A stretch of DNA of 64,000 nucleotides, taken from assembly GCF_020745735.1 (NCBI RefSeq), contig NC_083409.1:48876048-48940047 (forward strand), written 5' to 3'. How positions within the stretch are numbered: the first letter of the stretch is position 1; each line of letters opens with the position of its first letter. The DNA comes from Hemiscyllium ocellatum. Lineage: Eukaryota. Under the pieces are notes generated by a model. That model was not told the origin of the DNA. It worked only from the letters and a program-made list of their open reading frames with translations, and ran no database searches. The translations under genes were made by a program, and so were the position numbers. Positions 13,001-25,990 of this stretch are shown here, piece by piece.

Positions 13001-16000
13001 CATATGTTTATCAATTGATCTGTAATTTATTGCTGCAACTTTGTTTTTCGTATTCTTTTGAAAAGAGGAAGCTGCTAGAGCATTTGGTTTCTTTAGAACT
13101 CTCCTTGATCCTCTGCAGAGTGCAGAGACCTCACCTCCAGAGCCACTTTTGGTCATGTTACAATTCGGAAAATTAGGTGAGTACTTGAATTTTACATGCT
13201 GCCTGTCTTCCGAACAACTGACTCAGGCAGGTATCGAATTGTGGTGCCCATGCCCAAAAATCAGAGCAAATGAATTTTTAGCCCAGTGGCCCTAAAGGTC
13301 AAATTGTTGCAAAGTGAATTTTTTGCAACAATACTTTCCGGTTAATGAAGTTATATATTTTAGACATTTTTGAAAGGTTTTTCTGTGGCTGATAGTGGCT
13401 CTTCTGGTATCTTCTAATTACAGCGGTGAACCAGTCTGTTAAACAAATGGGAAACATTTAAAGCTCCAGACTGATCGTCACCATTTCCCTGGCAGGTTTC
13501 TGAACTCTGAGCTTTAAGCTAACACTAAGTTCAAGGAGTTCAGTATGGTCACAGTTGGGTCATTAGTTGTGACGATGCAGAATGAAGTTTTCAAAAGACT
13601 CTGCACCAGTCTGTCCGATCCTAGAAATAGTGGGAATTTCATCAGAGATCCAGGTGTTATTACATTGATGGTTTTCCTTAATATTCTTGTCTTGTTTCAT
13701 GAGCTGTAGGAAAACTCATTATTTAGACCTTGTGAGACTGTGTTAACAGGGTGCTAAACCTTAAAGGACATTACCAGTTCATTTCAATCCTTCCCTTGCT
13801 CAGTATCCACAAGAGTATACTTTGTACTGGCAGTCTTTGGATAATGGATCAGATTGGGAAATCTGGCTAAATTTTCCCATTGTTAGCCCAGGGTCCTTTG
13901 GCGGCATGTAATTCATTCCTGATCTGTGTGGCAAATGGCTAGTGCACTCACCAATCGAGCTGTCAGGAGAGCTCTTTGCTTTACACTTTCAAGTGTTTTC
14001 TTTGCCGATGTGGTTACATCTGCTCGCACCTAGTTAACATGTCAAGTAATTTTAATTTCACTGCTTCTTATATTTTGTGGTCACAGTTCACTTGTGAACA
14101 CTGTTGATCCAGCAGACAGGGAGAGCTGCTGTTCCTACCACACTATAAAAAGTTGAATAATTAAACTTTAAACACTTCTGGCTGCATTAGTAAATCGTAA
14201 GTATGGAGCTTGAAAAATCATGTTTGTTTTGTAGGGACACCTTGTAGAGAAACCTTTGGAACTTGCAGTTCACTCAGATTTAAAATACTTCCAGACAACA
14301 AAGTGTCTTTCATCAGGACACTCTGTTGGAAGTGGGTGCAGTTTCTGGAATGTGCTTTAGTTGGATTAAACCAATATTTCAATGTCGCCTTCATATATGT
14401 AAATAATGTAACGAACAAAATGATTTATTTTCCCTCTCAGAATCAAAAGGGCGAATGTATATGCTAGTAAAACGCCAGGATTGGCTCATGGTTTTCCTGG
14501 TTAGTTATTACAATGTCAAATAACACTGGAGAAGACCCAGGTCGCACCAATATAAAATGGATAGACATTGGCGTCGTCTCAAGTTTGTGACAGGTGCATG
14601 TCCTGAACCATCCTCATCTCCATGCATGGTGTGAATGGCTGACACCAATTACACCTCCTTATCCAAATGGTTACCTAAATGATGAGCAATATCAGACAGT
14701 GGCTGTTCTCAGATGAGTTTTGGTGATGGTTTTGGAGTAAGCTACATGCTGTAGAGTTGGAGAATCGTCCTGTTTATTCTCGTTTCACTGGGATGATTTA
14801 AATAAATCTACGTTTGGCTTTAATTGGTGGCCAAATCAGTTGTGCCTGATGCCTGATCTTCTCATTCAGTCCTAATTTTGGCAAGTTGTCTTATAACATA
14901 TGCTTGGCCACACATTTGCCTAGGCAAGGGCTCAAACCATTAAGGGATGCCTGTTATATGGCCCCATGAATTTAGCAGCAGGACTAATGCAAGTGTATAT
15001 TGAGCCTTGCTGGAACCATGTCTCAATAGAACATTTTATACCCATTGGACACTTGAGGAATAGTACAGTGTCAGCCAATTTCTACCTTGGATTTCATAGG
15101 ACAGGATTTTGACTGTAATATAGGGGTGGGTTTGAGATAAGTGAGGAAAGAGGGGATTTGGAGCAATTTCACATCAGGAGCAGAATGGCTGCATACCCAT
15201 TCATATGTGACAGGTAGCTTATTTGGAAACCAATGATCAGAAGCCAATTGGGGGCCTAGTATTCCAGCTCAGTTGGACACCCACCACTCAGTAGGTAGCT
15301 GCAGTCACAGGCACTTGCCCTCTGCACTAGTGGTTTGGCAGTTGTAACCAGTTTTTAGTTCGGATGTTTTAAAAGTGCTGAGATAGTGTGCTACAAAATT
15401 GAGGTGTTTTCTCTTTCTCTTCAACCTTCAACAGCAGGTTACAGTCACTTCCTTGCTGGAGAGCTTACTGTTAGCCCTCTAAGCTCAAGAATGTAGTAAA
15501 GTATCCTCTGGCTGTTAATTGGCCAGTTAAAGTAAAATTGATGTTGGGTGACTGTTCCCAACATAGTAGGGGTCAGGTCTCTCATTTAATCCTGATGTAA
15601 TCCTGACCCAAAATACTGTATCAGATTCTTCTCTAGTCCAGTTTATAAAAATCTTTCAAAATATTAGAGTTGATGATGTGAAATATTTGTATCAGTCATC
15701 AGAGGCACAGATGCGAAGTGTCCATTGTGCAAAAATGTGCATGAAAATGAATTTTCTTTGAGAACAGGGTGATGACATTTTTGAGCTGGTTTTTAATCCA
15801 GCCCAGACTGACGTGATCAAAGTTTCCTCTCGGTTGGTAATGTTCGCTATGATAAATGCTTATGAAACAGTTCCAACAAGCATGACTGTTTTGCTTCAAA
15901 ACACATAATTTGGCAATCTTACTCATCGAGCATGTAAGGATGTGGGGAAAATGGAGATTCTTAAGGTTGGACTGAGGTACATTGCTGAGGAAGTAAAGAA

Positions 16001-16289
16001 AGAAAGGACAGAACATATTTCTGAGATTTCTACTGCACTCCTTCAAATCTTGCAGCAAAAAGGCCTGAGAAATAGATCCAGAGACCTTGGTTCTGCCTTT
16101 GTCATTATTTTCCAGAGATGTGGCATGGGAGGATATCCCCCTGACTTGGACAGACCCTCCATTCACCATGACTCTGATCTGATGGATGACGAAGAAAGGT
16201 CACAAGCTAGGAGTCTCTATCCTGTTTCTCTGATCTCAGTGGGGCAGAGTAGATCAGCATATTTAAGAACATCAGTTTCATCCAGGGTT

Positions 16290-17675
16290 TTTTAAAAAAG
16301 TTGCCAGTGAGGCAGTTATTGCATTGGTTTTAATTTTCCAAAATTCCTTAAATTTGGGAGAGGTTCTATTACATTGGAAAATAGCAAATGTAACTCTTTT
16401 ATTAAAAAAAATAGAAGACCGAAAGCAGGAAACTACAGGCTAATTAGCTTAACTATTCCTCAAAGGGAAAACGTGATTATTATTACAGATATTTTAGCCT
16501 GTATAATACTTGGAACGAGGGCCAGATGGATCTCATTTGATTGTGACGTCCTTCATTGACTCAGGTTAACAATCCCAATCAGGGAGCTCTGGCTGACAGA
16601 TATAAGCAGGAGGTTCAAACAGTCTCTTCATTCTAGGGACTGGCCCTGAGCTGGCTAGTCAGAGCTTATGTACTGTGTACATATAAATAAAGAATGATTT
16701 GGTGATGGGATATTGGCCACCGGGCAGTTATTTCAGCCAGACACTTAGATAAATCAATGTAATCAAGCAACACCAACATGGTTTTGTGCAAAAGAAATCA
16801 CATTTAACCCATTTTTTGGAGGTCTCTGAAAAATAGCCTGTATAGTAGATAAAGGGGAACTTATTAATATACAGTATTTAGATTTATAAAGGCATTTCAT
16901 AATCTACAACACAAAGGTTTTCTGGAAATTAAAGCTTCTGCTGTAAGGAGTAACCCGACATTGGCATGAATAGGAGATTGTTTCTTGTTTGTAAGCCAGA
17001 GAGTTGGCATACTGAGTCATTTTCTGGTTGGCATGGCTTTATTAAGAGGTGCCAGTGCTGGTGGTCTAACTGATTATTATATATATATATAATTAATTTG
17101 GATGAATGGACCAAAAAGGTAGGAAAGCAACTCATGAATAGGACCTAAGTCTGAAACAGATATTGATACACTCAATGAGTGGACATAGATCTAACAAATC
17201 GAGCATAATGTGTGAAAATGTGAAATTTTCCATTTTGGCAATAAAAATTTTAAAAAGGCGCATATTATGTAAATGGTGGGTGAGACATTGAAAACATTGA
17301 AGATACAGAGGGATCTGGATAGCCAGCATTTGGATTGCAAATGGTTAGTATGATGGCATAGCGAGTAATATTGGATCCTCCGGGTTCTTGACAGGGTCAA
17401 TGTGGACAGGATGTTGCCTGTCGGAGGGGAATCCAGAATTAGGGATTTAAAAAGAAGGGGTTGCTATTTTAAGAAAGAAACAAGCCATTTTTTTACCCTC
17501 AGTGGATCATGAATCTTTCGACTCATGACTGTGATGGAAGCAGAGTCTTTTGAAGGCAGATAAATAAATTTGTGATAAATAAGTTGGATAGCGGAATTGG
17601 AGTAATCAGATCAGTCATGATTACATTGAATTGGGGTGTAGGTTCAAGGGGGCAAAGGGGCTACTCCTGCCTCTA
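16290..17675 (+). mobile_element. Old, heavily deleted CR1 LINE containing a solo-LTR-like insert
   Basis: Motifs AGNYRLISLT, caacatggtttt and gtatttagattt...; CR1-type tail ctactcctgcctctatg. Confidence 0.7.
16500..16735 (+). mobile_element. Probable solo LTR (~236 bp)
   Basis: TG...CA ends, TATA-like gatataa, AATAAA near the 3' end and short gcc duplication at the flanks; it interrupts CR1 sequence. Confidence 0.45.
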
Positions 17676-19169
17676 TGTACGTTAGCCTCATTTGTGAAGG
17701 GGTGGGTTTGATCTTCCAGTCAAAGAAATGGTCTAGGCCTCCAAAGAAGTTTTTTTTGAATATTTATTGTCAATTTCTTTTAAAGAAGCTGAAGGGACTG
17801 GAATATTGTTTCTCTGCATGAAGGAATGCAATAGATGCTGGAGTTTCTAGCCTATGTGGGCTTGATTGTATGTCGAACGGCACAAGTAATGGTGTGGATG
17901 CTTGCCAAATCCATGTTAATCAAATGTTCTTTCCTGGAGCCAGGAAGCTGATGCAGAGTCAGCACTGGAGGGTCTGTAGCATATTCCTGAGTAATTTCTT
18001 TTGTTAACTTATGCGAGACTTTAACCTTAAGTGCATAAATTTAATCTTGCAGCTAAAATGGCAAAAATGACCTGTTTTTGTGTGAACATCTTTTCCGATT
18101 AGTACTTTCCAAGCTTTTTCCCCCACTGTGACCCCTTCCCCACCCTCTTCAATGCTTGAGAATCAGTGTGAATCTGGAATGTCAATAGTGAGGGAATTTT
18201 GTGAATGTTTACTGGAGGCCAATGGATGTATCCACAACCGTTTTGAACACTCTGATGCAGTCTTGGAGCTAAGGAACCTATGCATGTGTGTGTTAGAGCC
18301 ATGCTACGCTTCTGTGATACCCACAACATTTTATCTGCCAGTTTCAATCAGTGCTACAAGCTTGTTTACCTTGTTTCGTCCACTGCATGCATTTAAGTCC
18401 AACACCCTCAGTCCTGAATTGACTAACTCCCTTCTTATACTTGTCCCCTCATCTGGTGTGCCTGAAGTTAGATTCCTGACCCTTCCCATGCCCTCTGTGC
18501 TGTTACTTGCTCTAGAAACTTTAATAACCTCTGCTGAGCCCTCTTAAGCATTTAACTTTTTCATATAATTTTGCCTGCAACTGAACCCATTCCCTACACT
18601 ATTTGGCTTAAAGCACTATGTGCAGTCATAGTTATGCAATTTGCAAGGACTCTGGTCCCAGAACGATTCAAGTGGAGTCTGTTCCATTCTTTCCCAATAC
18701 TGTTGCCAATGTCCCTATACCAATCTTTGAGTGGAGATCTTCAAGCAGCCAGCATGTGTTATGGATGTAATCACTATGAACCACAATGGGGTCTACCAAC
18801 TCCCACATCATGCAGTTACAATCCATTGCCTGGCCCAGCATCTCTATTTTAATTACTTAGTTCTTAATTTGATTTTTAGAATTTTCGCACTGGCCTTTTA
18901 TTTTGTAGCCTGTAGATATTTCCCCTGTATATGTTCAATCTGAGAGTAACCTGTAATAGATAGTCAAATCAGTGGCTATCACCAGCCAATAAACTTATGG
19001 TTTACCTGAGATGTCACTTACAAGCTATCAGCCAAAAAATGCAAGCGAAAAGCACCTCTTTCCCTCTGCACTGAATTCCCATACTGCCTCCAAATTCTCC
19101 AAACTATATTCACTCAGGCTGTATCTCAGTGTGGATGCAATCTCTCCTTCCTGATCATACAAAGCCTAT

Positions 19170-19375
19170 TGATATTGCATCCTTGGTGCCAAGGTCTGAA
19201 AAATCAGTGAATAGCAGGGCTCTTTAAGAAGGGATGGTAAACAGCCAGTGGTCATTTGCCTCATTGGTATCAATGTTATTGGCAGAAACAAACATGTAAT
19301 CCTGCAGTCAGAATTGGAGATATAGGTAGGAAGTTAGCAAGAAGAGTCTCAAAAGTAATAATCTCTGGATAACTT
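19170..19375 (+). mobile_element. CR1 ORF1 SGNH-esterase fragment
   Basis: Decayed translation C.LGAKV...DGKQPVVICLIGINVIGRNK..ILQSE...GRKLARRVSKVIISG. Confidence 0.6.
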
Positions 19376-19599
19376 ATTAGATGTGGTGGCTACAAGAAGG
19401 TGATTGGTCTACAGTCAAATGACCAGTTATTGATGACGTACACTTTTTGCCTGCCAAAGACTGTGATTGACTCTCCGGTAATAGCCTACTCATGGGATGA
19501 TTGCTTGTTAAATACCTCTGCCTCTTTATGACTTTTAAACTGCAAATCTTATTTTATTAATATCATGCATAGAGAGCCCTTTGGATATCCGGCGCAGAG

Positions 19600-19985
19600 G
19601 ATTGTGGGTAAGTTGCAAGACTTTCTCATGGCTCTGGTCTTGGGCCTGACCAAGTTAGCCATTGACAGATCCAGGCTGTGGGCAGTAAAGGGGGTCATAA
19701 TTGTTAATTGTCGGCCTCTCTTCCGCAGCTTTATTTCTGCCCAGGTGTCCTGGCAGAAAGATCATGCAGTGTCCACCAATACACTTGATGCCTTTAGAGT
19801 TAGATGGAAATGCAGTGGGTAGACCTAGAGTGCTTTATCTCCCCTTACAATTCCATTTTGAATTTTCTTCCTCCCTCTCTCTCTTATTGGGTTTTGCATG
19901 TAAACTAATCAATTGGAAAATAATGTGACCTAATGATGGTGGTTAATAAATGAAATTGTCACAGATGATTTGATGATGGGAAAAG
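19600..19985 (+). mobile_element. Tx1-clade LINE ORF2 C-terminus and 3' UTR
   Basis: LVLGLTKLAIDRSR...CRPLFRSFISAQVSWQKDHAVSTNTLDAFRVRW; UTR homologous to the repeats at 61618-63080. Confidence 0.6.
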
Positions 19986-19989
19986 CTAT

Positions 19990-20260
19990 TAGGTTGTGGT
20001 AGCCTAGTGGTATTGTCACTGGACTCATAATCTAGGACATCAGGCTATATCCTGGCAATGTAGGTTAAAATCCTGCCCTTACTGGTGGTGAAATTGGAAT
20101 TTAATATAGGGGCCGTCTTGTGGTGCAGCACTAGCATGTCTGCCCCTAGATCAGGAGGCCTGAGCTCAAATCCCATCAGCTCCAAGGGTGTATAATAACA
20201 TCTTGAACATATTGATTGGCAAAATAGGTTAAATATTTAAAAAATATAAAAATCTTGAGA
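19990..20260 (+). mobile_element. Deu/SacSINE1-like head with a nested tRNA-like SINE (family A, ~20108-20228)
   Basis: gtggtagcctagtggtattgtcactggact head, then ggggccgtcttgtggtgcag...gaacatattgattggc, which matches family A at 61431-62382. Confidence 0.5.
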
Positions 20261-20639
20261 TTAACTGATAACAGCAGTTACTGGTGCCATCCAATAATTG
20301 CTGAAGTATTTCGATATTGGAGTGGACGTGTCATCAGGTAAGCAGGCTGCTTTGCTATAAATGGTGTCATGGTTGTGGGAGTCTGCACTCAATTGAGCAA
20401 ATATGCCTGACTTGTGCCTGTCGATAGTAGACAGGACTTGAGGAGTGATGACGTGAGTTATTCACTGCCAGATTCCTAGCCTCTGACCAACTCATGGCCA
20501 CTACTTATTTTGGCAAATCTCAGTTCGGCTTCCGGTCAATGGTGACACCCAGGATAGTTGCAGTGGGAGAATTCAGTGTTGTAACACTATCGTACATCAA
20601 GGAAAGATGGTTAGAATCTCTTTTGTTGGAGATGGTCAT

Positions 20640-20960
20640 TAGATTAGATTAGATTACTTACAGTGTGGAAACAGGCCCTTCGGCCCAACATGTCCACACC
20701 AACCCTCCGAACAGCAACCCATCCAGACCCATTCCCCTACATTTATCCCTTCACCTAACACTAAGGGCAATTTAGCATGGCCAATTCACCTAACCTGCAC
20801 GTTTTTGGACTGTGGGAGGAAACTGGAGCACCTGGAGAAACCCACGCAGACACGGGGAGAATGTGCAAACTCCACACAGGAGTTGCCCGAGGCGAGAATT
20901 GAATGCGGGTCTCTGGCGCTGTGAGGCAGCAGTGTTAAGCACTGTGCCACTGTGTCGCCC
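20640..20960 (-). mobile_element. Young full-length HE1-type SINE
   Basis: Head gggcgacacagtggcacagtgcttaacactgctgcctcacagcgcc, V core and (AATCT)n tail seen as agattagattagatt; CpGs retained. Confidence 0.9.
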
Positions 20961-21060
20961 ATTGATTGGCATTTTTTCCAGTCTAAGCCTGGATATTGCT
21001 GCAAATGTGTTGCTGGTCAAAGCACAGCAGGTTAGGCAGCATCTCAGGAATAGAGAATTC

Positions 21061-21088
21061 GACGTTTCGAGCATAAGCCCTTCATCAG
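21061..21088 (-). ncRNA. Minimal hammerhead ribozyme motif, intact core
   Basis: auuc-CUGAUGA-A-GGGC-UUAU-GCUC-GAAA-CG-UC-gaau, with a 4-bp stem I (AUUC/GAAU). Confidence 0.72.
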
Positions 21089-21369
21089 GAATAAGAGAGA
21101 GAGCCAAGCAGGCTAAGATAAAAGGTAGGGAGGAGGGACTAGGGGGAGGGGCGATGGAGGTGGGATAGGTGGAAGGAGGTCAAGGTGAGGGTGATAGGCC
21201 GGAGTGGGGTGGGGGGGGAGAGGTCAGGAAGAGGATTGCAGGTTAGGAGGGCGGTGCTGAGTTGAGGGAACCGACTGAGACAAGGTGGGGGGAGGGGAAA
21301 TGAGGAAACTGGAGAAATCTGAATTCCTGGTTGGGTCCAAATTTTGTTGGTTGGAATGTAGTTCGGAGT

Positions 21370-21506
21370 CCGTGTGGGATCAGTCGGTTCCGTAGACAGG
21401 TGCCGTGTGGGATCAGTTGGTTCCGTAGACAGGTGCTCCGTGTGGGATCAGTCGGTTCCGTAGACAGGTGCTTCCGTGTGGGATCAGTCGGTTCCGTAGA
21501 CAGGTG
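21370..21506. repeat. 4 tandem copies of a 33-nt unit (33/35/36/33 nt)
   Basis: ccgtgtgggatcagtcggttccgtagacaggtg starts at 21370, 21403, 21438 and 21474. Confidence 0.95.
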
Positions 21507-21655
21507 CTGGATATTGTCTGGGTCTTCTTGGATTTGGACATGGACAGCTTCAGATTCTGAGGAGTTTGAATGGTTCTGAAAATTGTGCAGTCATCAGTGA
21601 ATATTCCCACTTCTGACCTGCTGATGGAGTGAAGGTCATTGAGAAGCAGCTGAAA

Positions 21656-22335
21656 ATTTTTTAAATTTCAAAAATAAATAATTTTATGAATAAAGTTTGG
21701 GTCTCTTTACAATTGGTCATGCCATTCTTGTGCACACATTACATTTCTTTACATACAGACATTGAAATTTATTTTTCATATATACAAGTCTATACATTTA
21801 TTATCCAGCTCTTCTGCTGAGGCATCAGCACAGCCCAAATGACTGGGTGGGCCCCCTGTTCTTCTTAGGCAGGCAGATGTTACACGGTGGTCTTTCCCCA
21901 CCACATCTTGGCGGCAGCTGCCCCAAGCATCAGCGCATCCCTCAACACATAGTCCTGGATCTTGGAATGTGCCAGTCTGCAACACTCAGTCGGGGTCAAC
22001 TCCTTCAGCTGGAAGATTAACAGGTTTCGGACCGCCCAGAGAGCGTCCTTCACTGAGTTGATGATCCTCCAGGCACAGTTGATGTTCATCTCGGTGTGCG
22101 TCCCGGGGAACAGACTGTAGAGAACAGAGTCCCGCGTGACGGCGCTGCTCGGGATGAACCTTGACAAACACCACTGCATTCCTCTCCAGACTTCTTCTGC
22201 GTAGGCACATTCCAGAAGAAGGTGTGTGACAGTCCCGTGCCCCCTGCAGCCGCTTCGAGGGCAGCTTGCGGGAAAGAATCCAGGCGTGCATAAAGGATCT
22301 CACAGGCAGAGCCCTTCTCACCACCAGCCAAGCTA
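21656..22335 (-). mobile_element. L1/Tx1-type LINE 3' end (zinc-knuckle C-terminal domain plus UTR)
   Basis: RRALPVRSFMHA... and ...WRIINSVKDALWAVRNLLIFQ...KMWWGKTTV*; A-rich tail on the minus strand. Confidence 0.78.
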
Positions 22336-22750
22336 TGTCTAAGATAGTTGGGCTTCAGACACTATTCTGAGGAATTCTTGCAGAGATGTACTGGAGCTGA
22401 GGTGACTGAGCTCCAACAATGACAGCATCTTCTTTTGTGTCAGATGTGACTCCAACCAGTAGACAGATCACCCCTGAAACTGACTTCAGTTTTGCTCACA
22501 AGGTCATATTGAATATGTGGACCAATGGATGCATCTACTAAATTAACATGTTAATTTTACTAAATGTGGATTTTCATTTCAATGTAAAGTATCGACTTTT
22601 AACCATGCTGAGCTAATCAGAAGCCAGACTTTAATTATGTCATATCCACAATCCTCAGTTGAGATGGAAATCAACTAAGCAAAAGAATGAGCAATGTATA
22701 AAGTGCTAATTTCGGTATGTTAGTGGAAATGAGGTTTGCAAATAACTGAG

Positions 22751-23339
22751 AGAAAGTGAGGACTGCAGATGCTGGAGATCAGAGCTTAAAAATGTGATGC
22801 TGGAAAAGCGCAGCAGGTCAGGCAGCATCAAAGGGACAGGAGAATCGATGTTTCGGGCATAAGCCCTTCTTCAGGAATGAGGAGGGTGTGCCAAGCAGGC
22901 TAAGATAAAAGGTAGGGAAGAGGGACTTGGGGAGGGGTGTTGGGAATATGATAGGTGGAAGGAGGTTAAGGTGAGGGTGATAGGCCGGAGTGGGGGTGGG
23001 GGCGGAGAGGTCGGGAAGAAGATTGCAGGTCAAGAAGGCGGTGCTGAGTCTGAGGGTTGTAACTGAGAAAAGGTGAGGGGAGGGGAAATGAGAAAGCTGG
23101 AGAAATCTGCATTCATCCCTTGTGGTTGGAGGGTTCCTAGGCGGAAGATGAGGCGCTCTTCCTCCAGGCGTCGTGTTGCCATGGTCTGGCGATGGAGAAG
23201 GCCAAGGTCCTGCAAGTTCTTGGCGGAGTGGAAGGGGGAGTTGAAGTGTTCAGCCACGGGGCGGTTGGGTTGGTTGGTGCGGGTGTCCCAGAGGTGTTCT
23301 CTGAAACATTCTGCAAGTAGGCGCCTGTCTCCCCAACGT
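22751..23339 (-). mobile_element. 5'-truncated Penelope-like element (GIY-YIG C-terminus, 3' repeat, hammerhead core at 22847-22874)
   Basis: ORF AEHFNSPFHSAKNLQDLGLLHRQ...RRLEEERLIFRLGTLQPQGMN; duplication aaataactga at 22740-22749 and 23340-23349. Confidence 0.88.
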
Positions 23340-23473
23340 AAATAACTGATTTAAGTTGGCAAAAAGGAAAACATATAGAGGAAGCAAATGAAGATTGGGA
23401 AAATAAAGCAAGGATTTGGATATGCAGGATAAGTCAAGGAACAGACTGTTGATGATGCCTGGAGGTTTACATA

Positions 23474-23602
23474 GGTAAAGGTGAGGACTGCAGACGCTGG
23501 AGATTAGAGTCAAGATTAGAGTGGTGCTGGAAATGCACAGTAGGTCAGGCATCATCTGAGGAGCAGGAAAATCGACGTTTTGGGCAGAAGCCCTTCATCA
23601 GG
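23474..23602 (-). mobile_element. Short Penelope terminal fragment with hammerhead core (G12>A) at 23574-23601
   Basis: ggtgaggactgcagacgctggagatt...gacgttttgggcagaagcccttcatcagg. Confidence 0.75.
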
Positions 23603-24629
23603 TGACAACGTGCACGCATAACATCTGATTCCACAGTGGGCAAATTGAATTCGTTGGTGTGAATCAGATTTGTGTCCATAACGTGGATTTCATCCCCATT
23701 CCAGCTGGATGGGTTGGGGCGTGCGTCCTTGCCCTACCCATGGTGGACATGATGGTGCAATGGATCAGACCTGTCTTCAGTCAGAGATTTCGAGAAGAAG
23801 TGAATAGGTAAATCTGAAAATTTTTGCTAGTAAAGAAAGGAACTAGCAAAAGAAACTTGCATCTTCTGCAGCTTGAATGACACCAGAATGTCCCAGAGTG
23901 CTTCACAGCAATTTATGCACTTTTAAAGAGCTGCAACTGTCTTGCCTTGATGATGTCATGTATGAAGATACAAAGTTTAAAGTTGCATTTTTAAAATGAA
24001 CTTGTAAGATGGCTGGCAGATGACAAATAATACCGGCAATATCAAGACTGGAAACTTAAGCAAGCATGTAATTAAAATACGAGCTATCACAGCCATTTGT
24101 GAAATTCACTTTGTTAAGTATGGACCATCCACTGTCTTTTTACTTAATTGAAACATGATGCCTTCTGAATCCTTACAGGGAAAGACTAATTTCCATTGAA
24201 TGGGCAACCCTGGCTGTCTCAAAAATATTCAAGTATGAAAAGCCACACAGTAGGGTGACCTTTCAACCTAACACATTCCCTTATTTGATCGGGGAACCTG
24301 TGACAAGTCACATGGGTAAGACGGACATAATTTCAGACGTGCTTTAAAAGGTTACAGCAGAAGCTATTCTGATGACAAACCCCATTAAAAATACCATCTG
24401 AAACATAGAAAAGGCTTTAAACTAGCTGCAAGGCTACTATGCAGTCAAAGAAAAATTTATACATTGAACATAGGATAAAGTATCTGCCCCAGCCTATTCC
24501 CAAATTCCTGTTCAACCTGATCTCTTGGCAGTTCAACTACACAAAGCTTCACAGATTACTCAGAATTCTCTGCTCTTACAAGACCTCCACTTCACTTAAA
24601 GTAGCAATAGAGTGAGGAAATTACATGCC

Positions 24630-25080
24630 AGCTGTGAAACAGACTGAAATAATATCAAATCGAAACTGCTCTCTTTTCTTAGTTTGTATCTAATCTTCAT
24701 GTTTGAGATTGTGTGTGCATGAGGTATTGTCTTCAAATCTCCAGGGCAGGTTTGCGAGAATAAATAATGGCCCAAAACGTCCAATAGGAAGGCAATTGTT
24801 GCCACTGTGTAGACAAGAGTTGCGCATTGGTAATGTTGAAAGACTTGGCAAATTGACTGTAGGAATTCACCGGGATGGTGAAACTTTCAATGTGCAAACT
24901 GGTGCAGACAAAGGGTCGAATGGCTCTTTCTGTGCTACAACTTTTCAATGGTTGTATGGATCTGTTACCCTGCATCTGAACATCTCAATCAAGTGGAAGG
25001 GTGGGCTTTACCAAAAATCAGCAGAAGTGACAATTTCTGGGATGTGGGAAAGTTTTTCTTCTGTGAATCTTAACTAGTAT
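24630..25080 (-). mobile_element. Very old RTE-like LINE RT remnant
   Basis: Weak similarity around IPVNSYSQFAKSFNIT and the following LGHYLFSQ-type segment. Confidence 0.35.
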
Positions 25081-25199
25081 CTTACATAATTTTACACTGT
25101 TCACTTTATGGTGTATGCACCACACCTCTATGCACTGCACTGACACAATTTTGTACTCCCTACTGCTGAAACCAAACTGTGCACAGGCCATGCACTACT

Positions 25200-25990
25200 A
25201 GCCAGAGGTGAGGTGATGTGAGGTGAGGTGAGGTGAGAGTGACAGCCCTTGACATCAAGCCTGCATTCGACTAAGCGTGGCATCAAGGAGCCCGAGCAAA
25301 ACTGGAATGCATGGGATTCAGGGGGCAAGTTCTCCACTGGTTGAAGTCATACCTGGCACGCAGGAAGATGGTTGTGCTTGTTGGATTTCAGTCATCTCAG
25401 CTCCAGGACATCTCTGCAGGAGTTCGTTAGGGTACAGTCCTCACCCAACCATCTTCAACTGCTTCATCAGTGATCTTCCCTCCATCACCAGGTCAGAAGT
25501 TGAGATTTTTGCCAATGATTGCACAATGTTCAACACCATTCACGACTCATCACATGCTAAAGCAGTCCAAAGTCAAATCCAACAAGATCTGGACAATATC
25601 CAGTAATGCGCTGGCAAGTAAAATTTGCATTACATAAATGCCAGACAATGACCATCCCTAATAAGAAACAGTCTAACCACTATCCCTAGGCATTCAATGG
25701 TGTTACCATCAATGAATTCCTACTGCCAACATTCTGGGGTTATCATTCACCAGAAACTCAGCTAGAGTCAAGATGTAAACACAGTGGTTACAGTAGCATA
25801 CCAGAAGCTAGGAATTCACCTCCTGACACTGCAAAGCCTTCTAAAGGCATTATGGGTTTACCTACAGCACATGGACATGCAGTGGTTTAAGAAGGCAGCT
25901 CACCACCACCTTCTCAAGGGCAACTAGGGACGGATAATAAATATGGCCTGTCAGTGACGCCCACATCCCACAAGTGAATAAAGAAAAATA
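25200..25990 (+). mobile_element. CR1-group LINE fragment (RT and 3' end) with internal deletion
   Basis: PTIFNCFISDLPSITRSEVEIFANDCTMF; tail cccacatcccacaagtgaataaag. Confidence 0.8.

Larger units (their letters stand above)
20999..21506 (-). mobile_element. Internally deleted Penelope-like element: ORF N-terminal piece fused to the 3' terminal repeat
   Basis: Minus strand encodes TCLRNRLIPHGLRTTFQPTKFGP, then the pyrimidine-rich 3' region and hammerhead. Duplication ctggatattg at 20989-20998 and 21507-21516. Confidence 0.8.
20330..22500 (-). mobile_element. CR1-group LINE fragment hosting three nested insertions (HE1, Penelope, Tx1)
   Basis: Collinear pieces at 20330-20640, 20961-20998, 21507-21655 (GIFTDDCTIF) and 22340-22500 are homologous to the 35320-37190 family. 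Confidence 0.7.

Noticed and set aside
13303-13332. 11-bp inverted repeat attgttgcaaa/tttgcaacaat
   Set aside because: Short and AT-rich with no supporting context.
21370-21506. CRISPR-like array of 33-36 nt repeats
   Set aside because: No unique spacers, eukaryotic context, and the unit is Penelope coding sequence.
25205-25236. (GAGGT)n short repeat
   Set aside because: Simple slippage expansion of a motif already in the LINE (compare 36045-36058).
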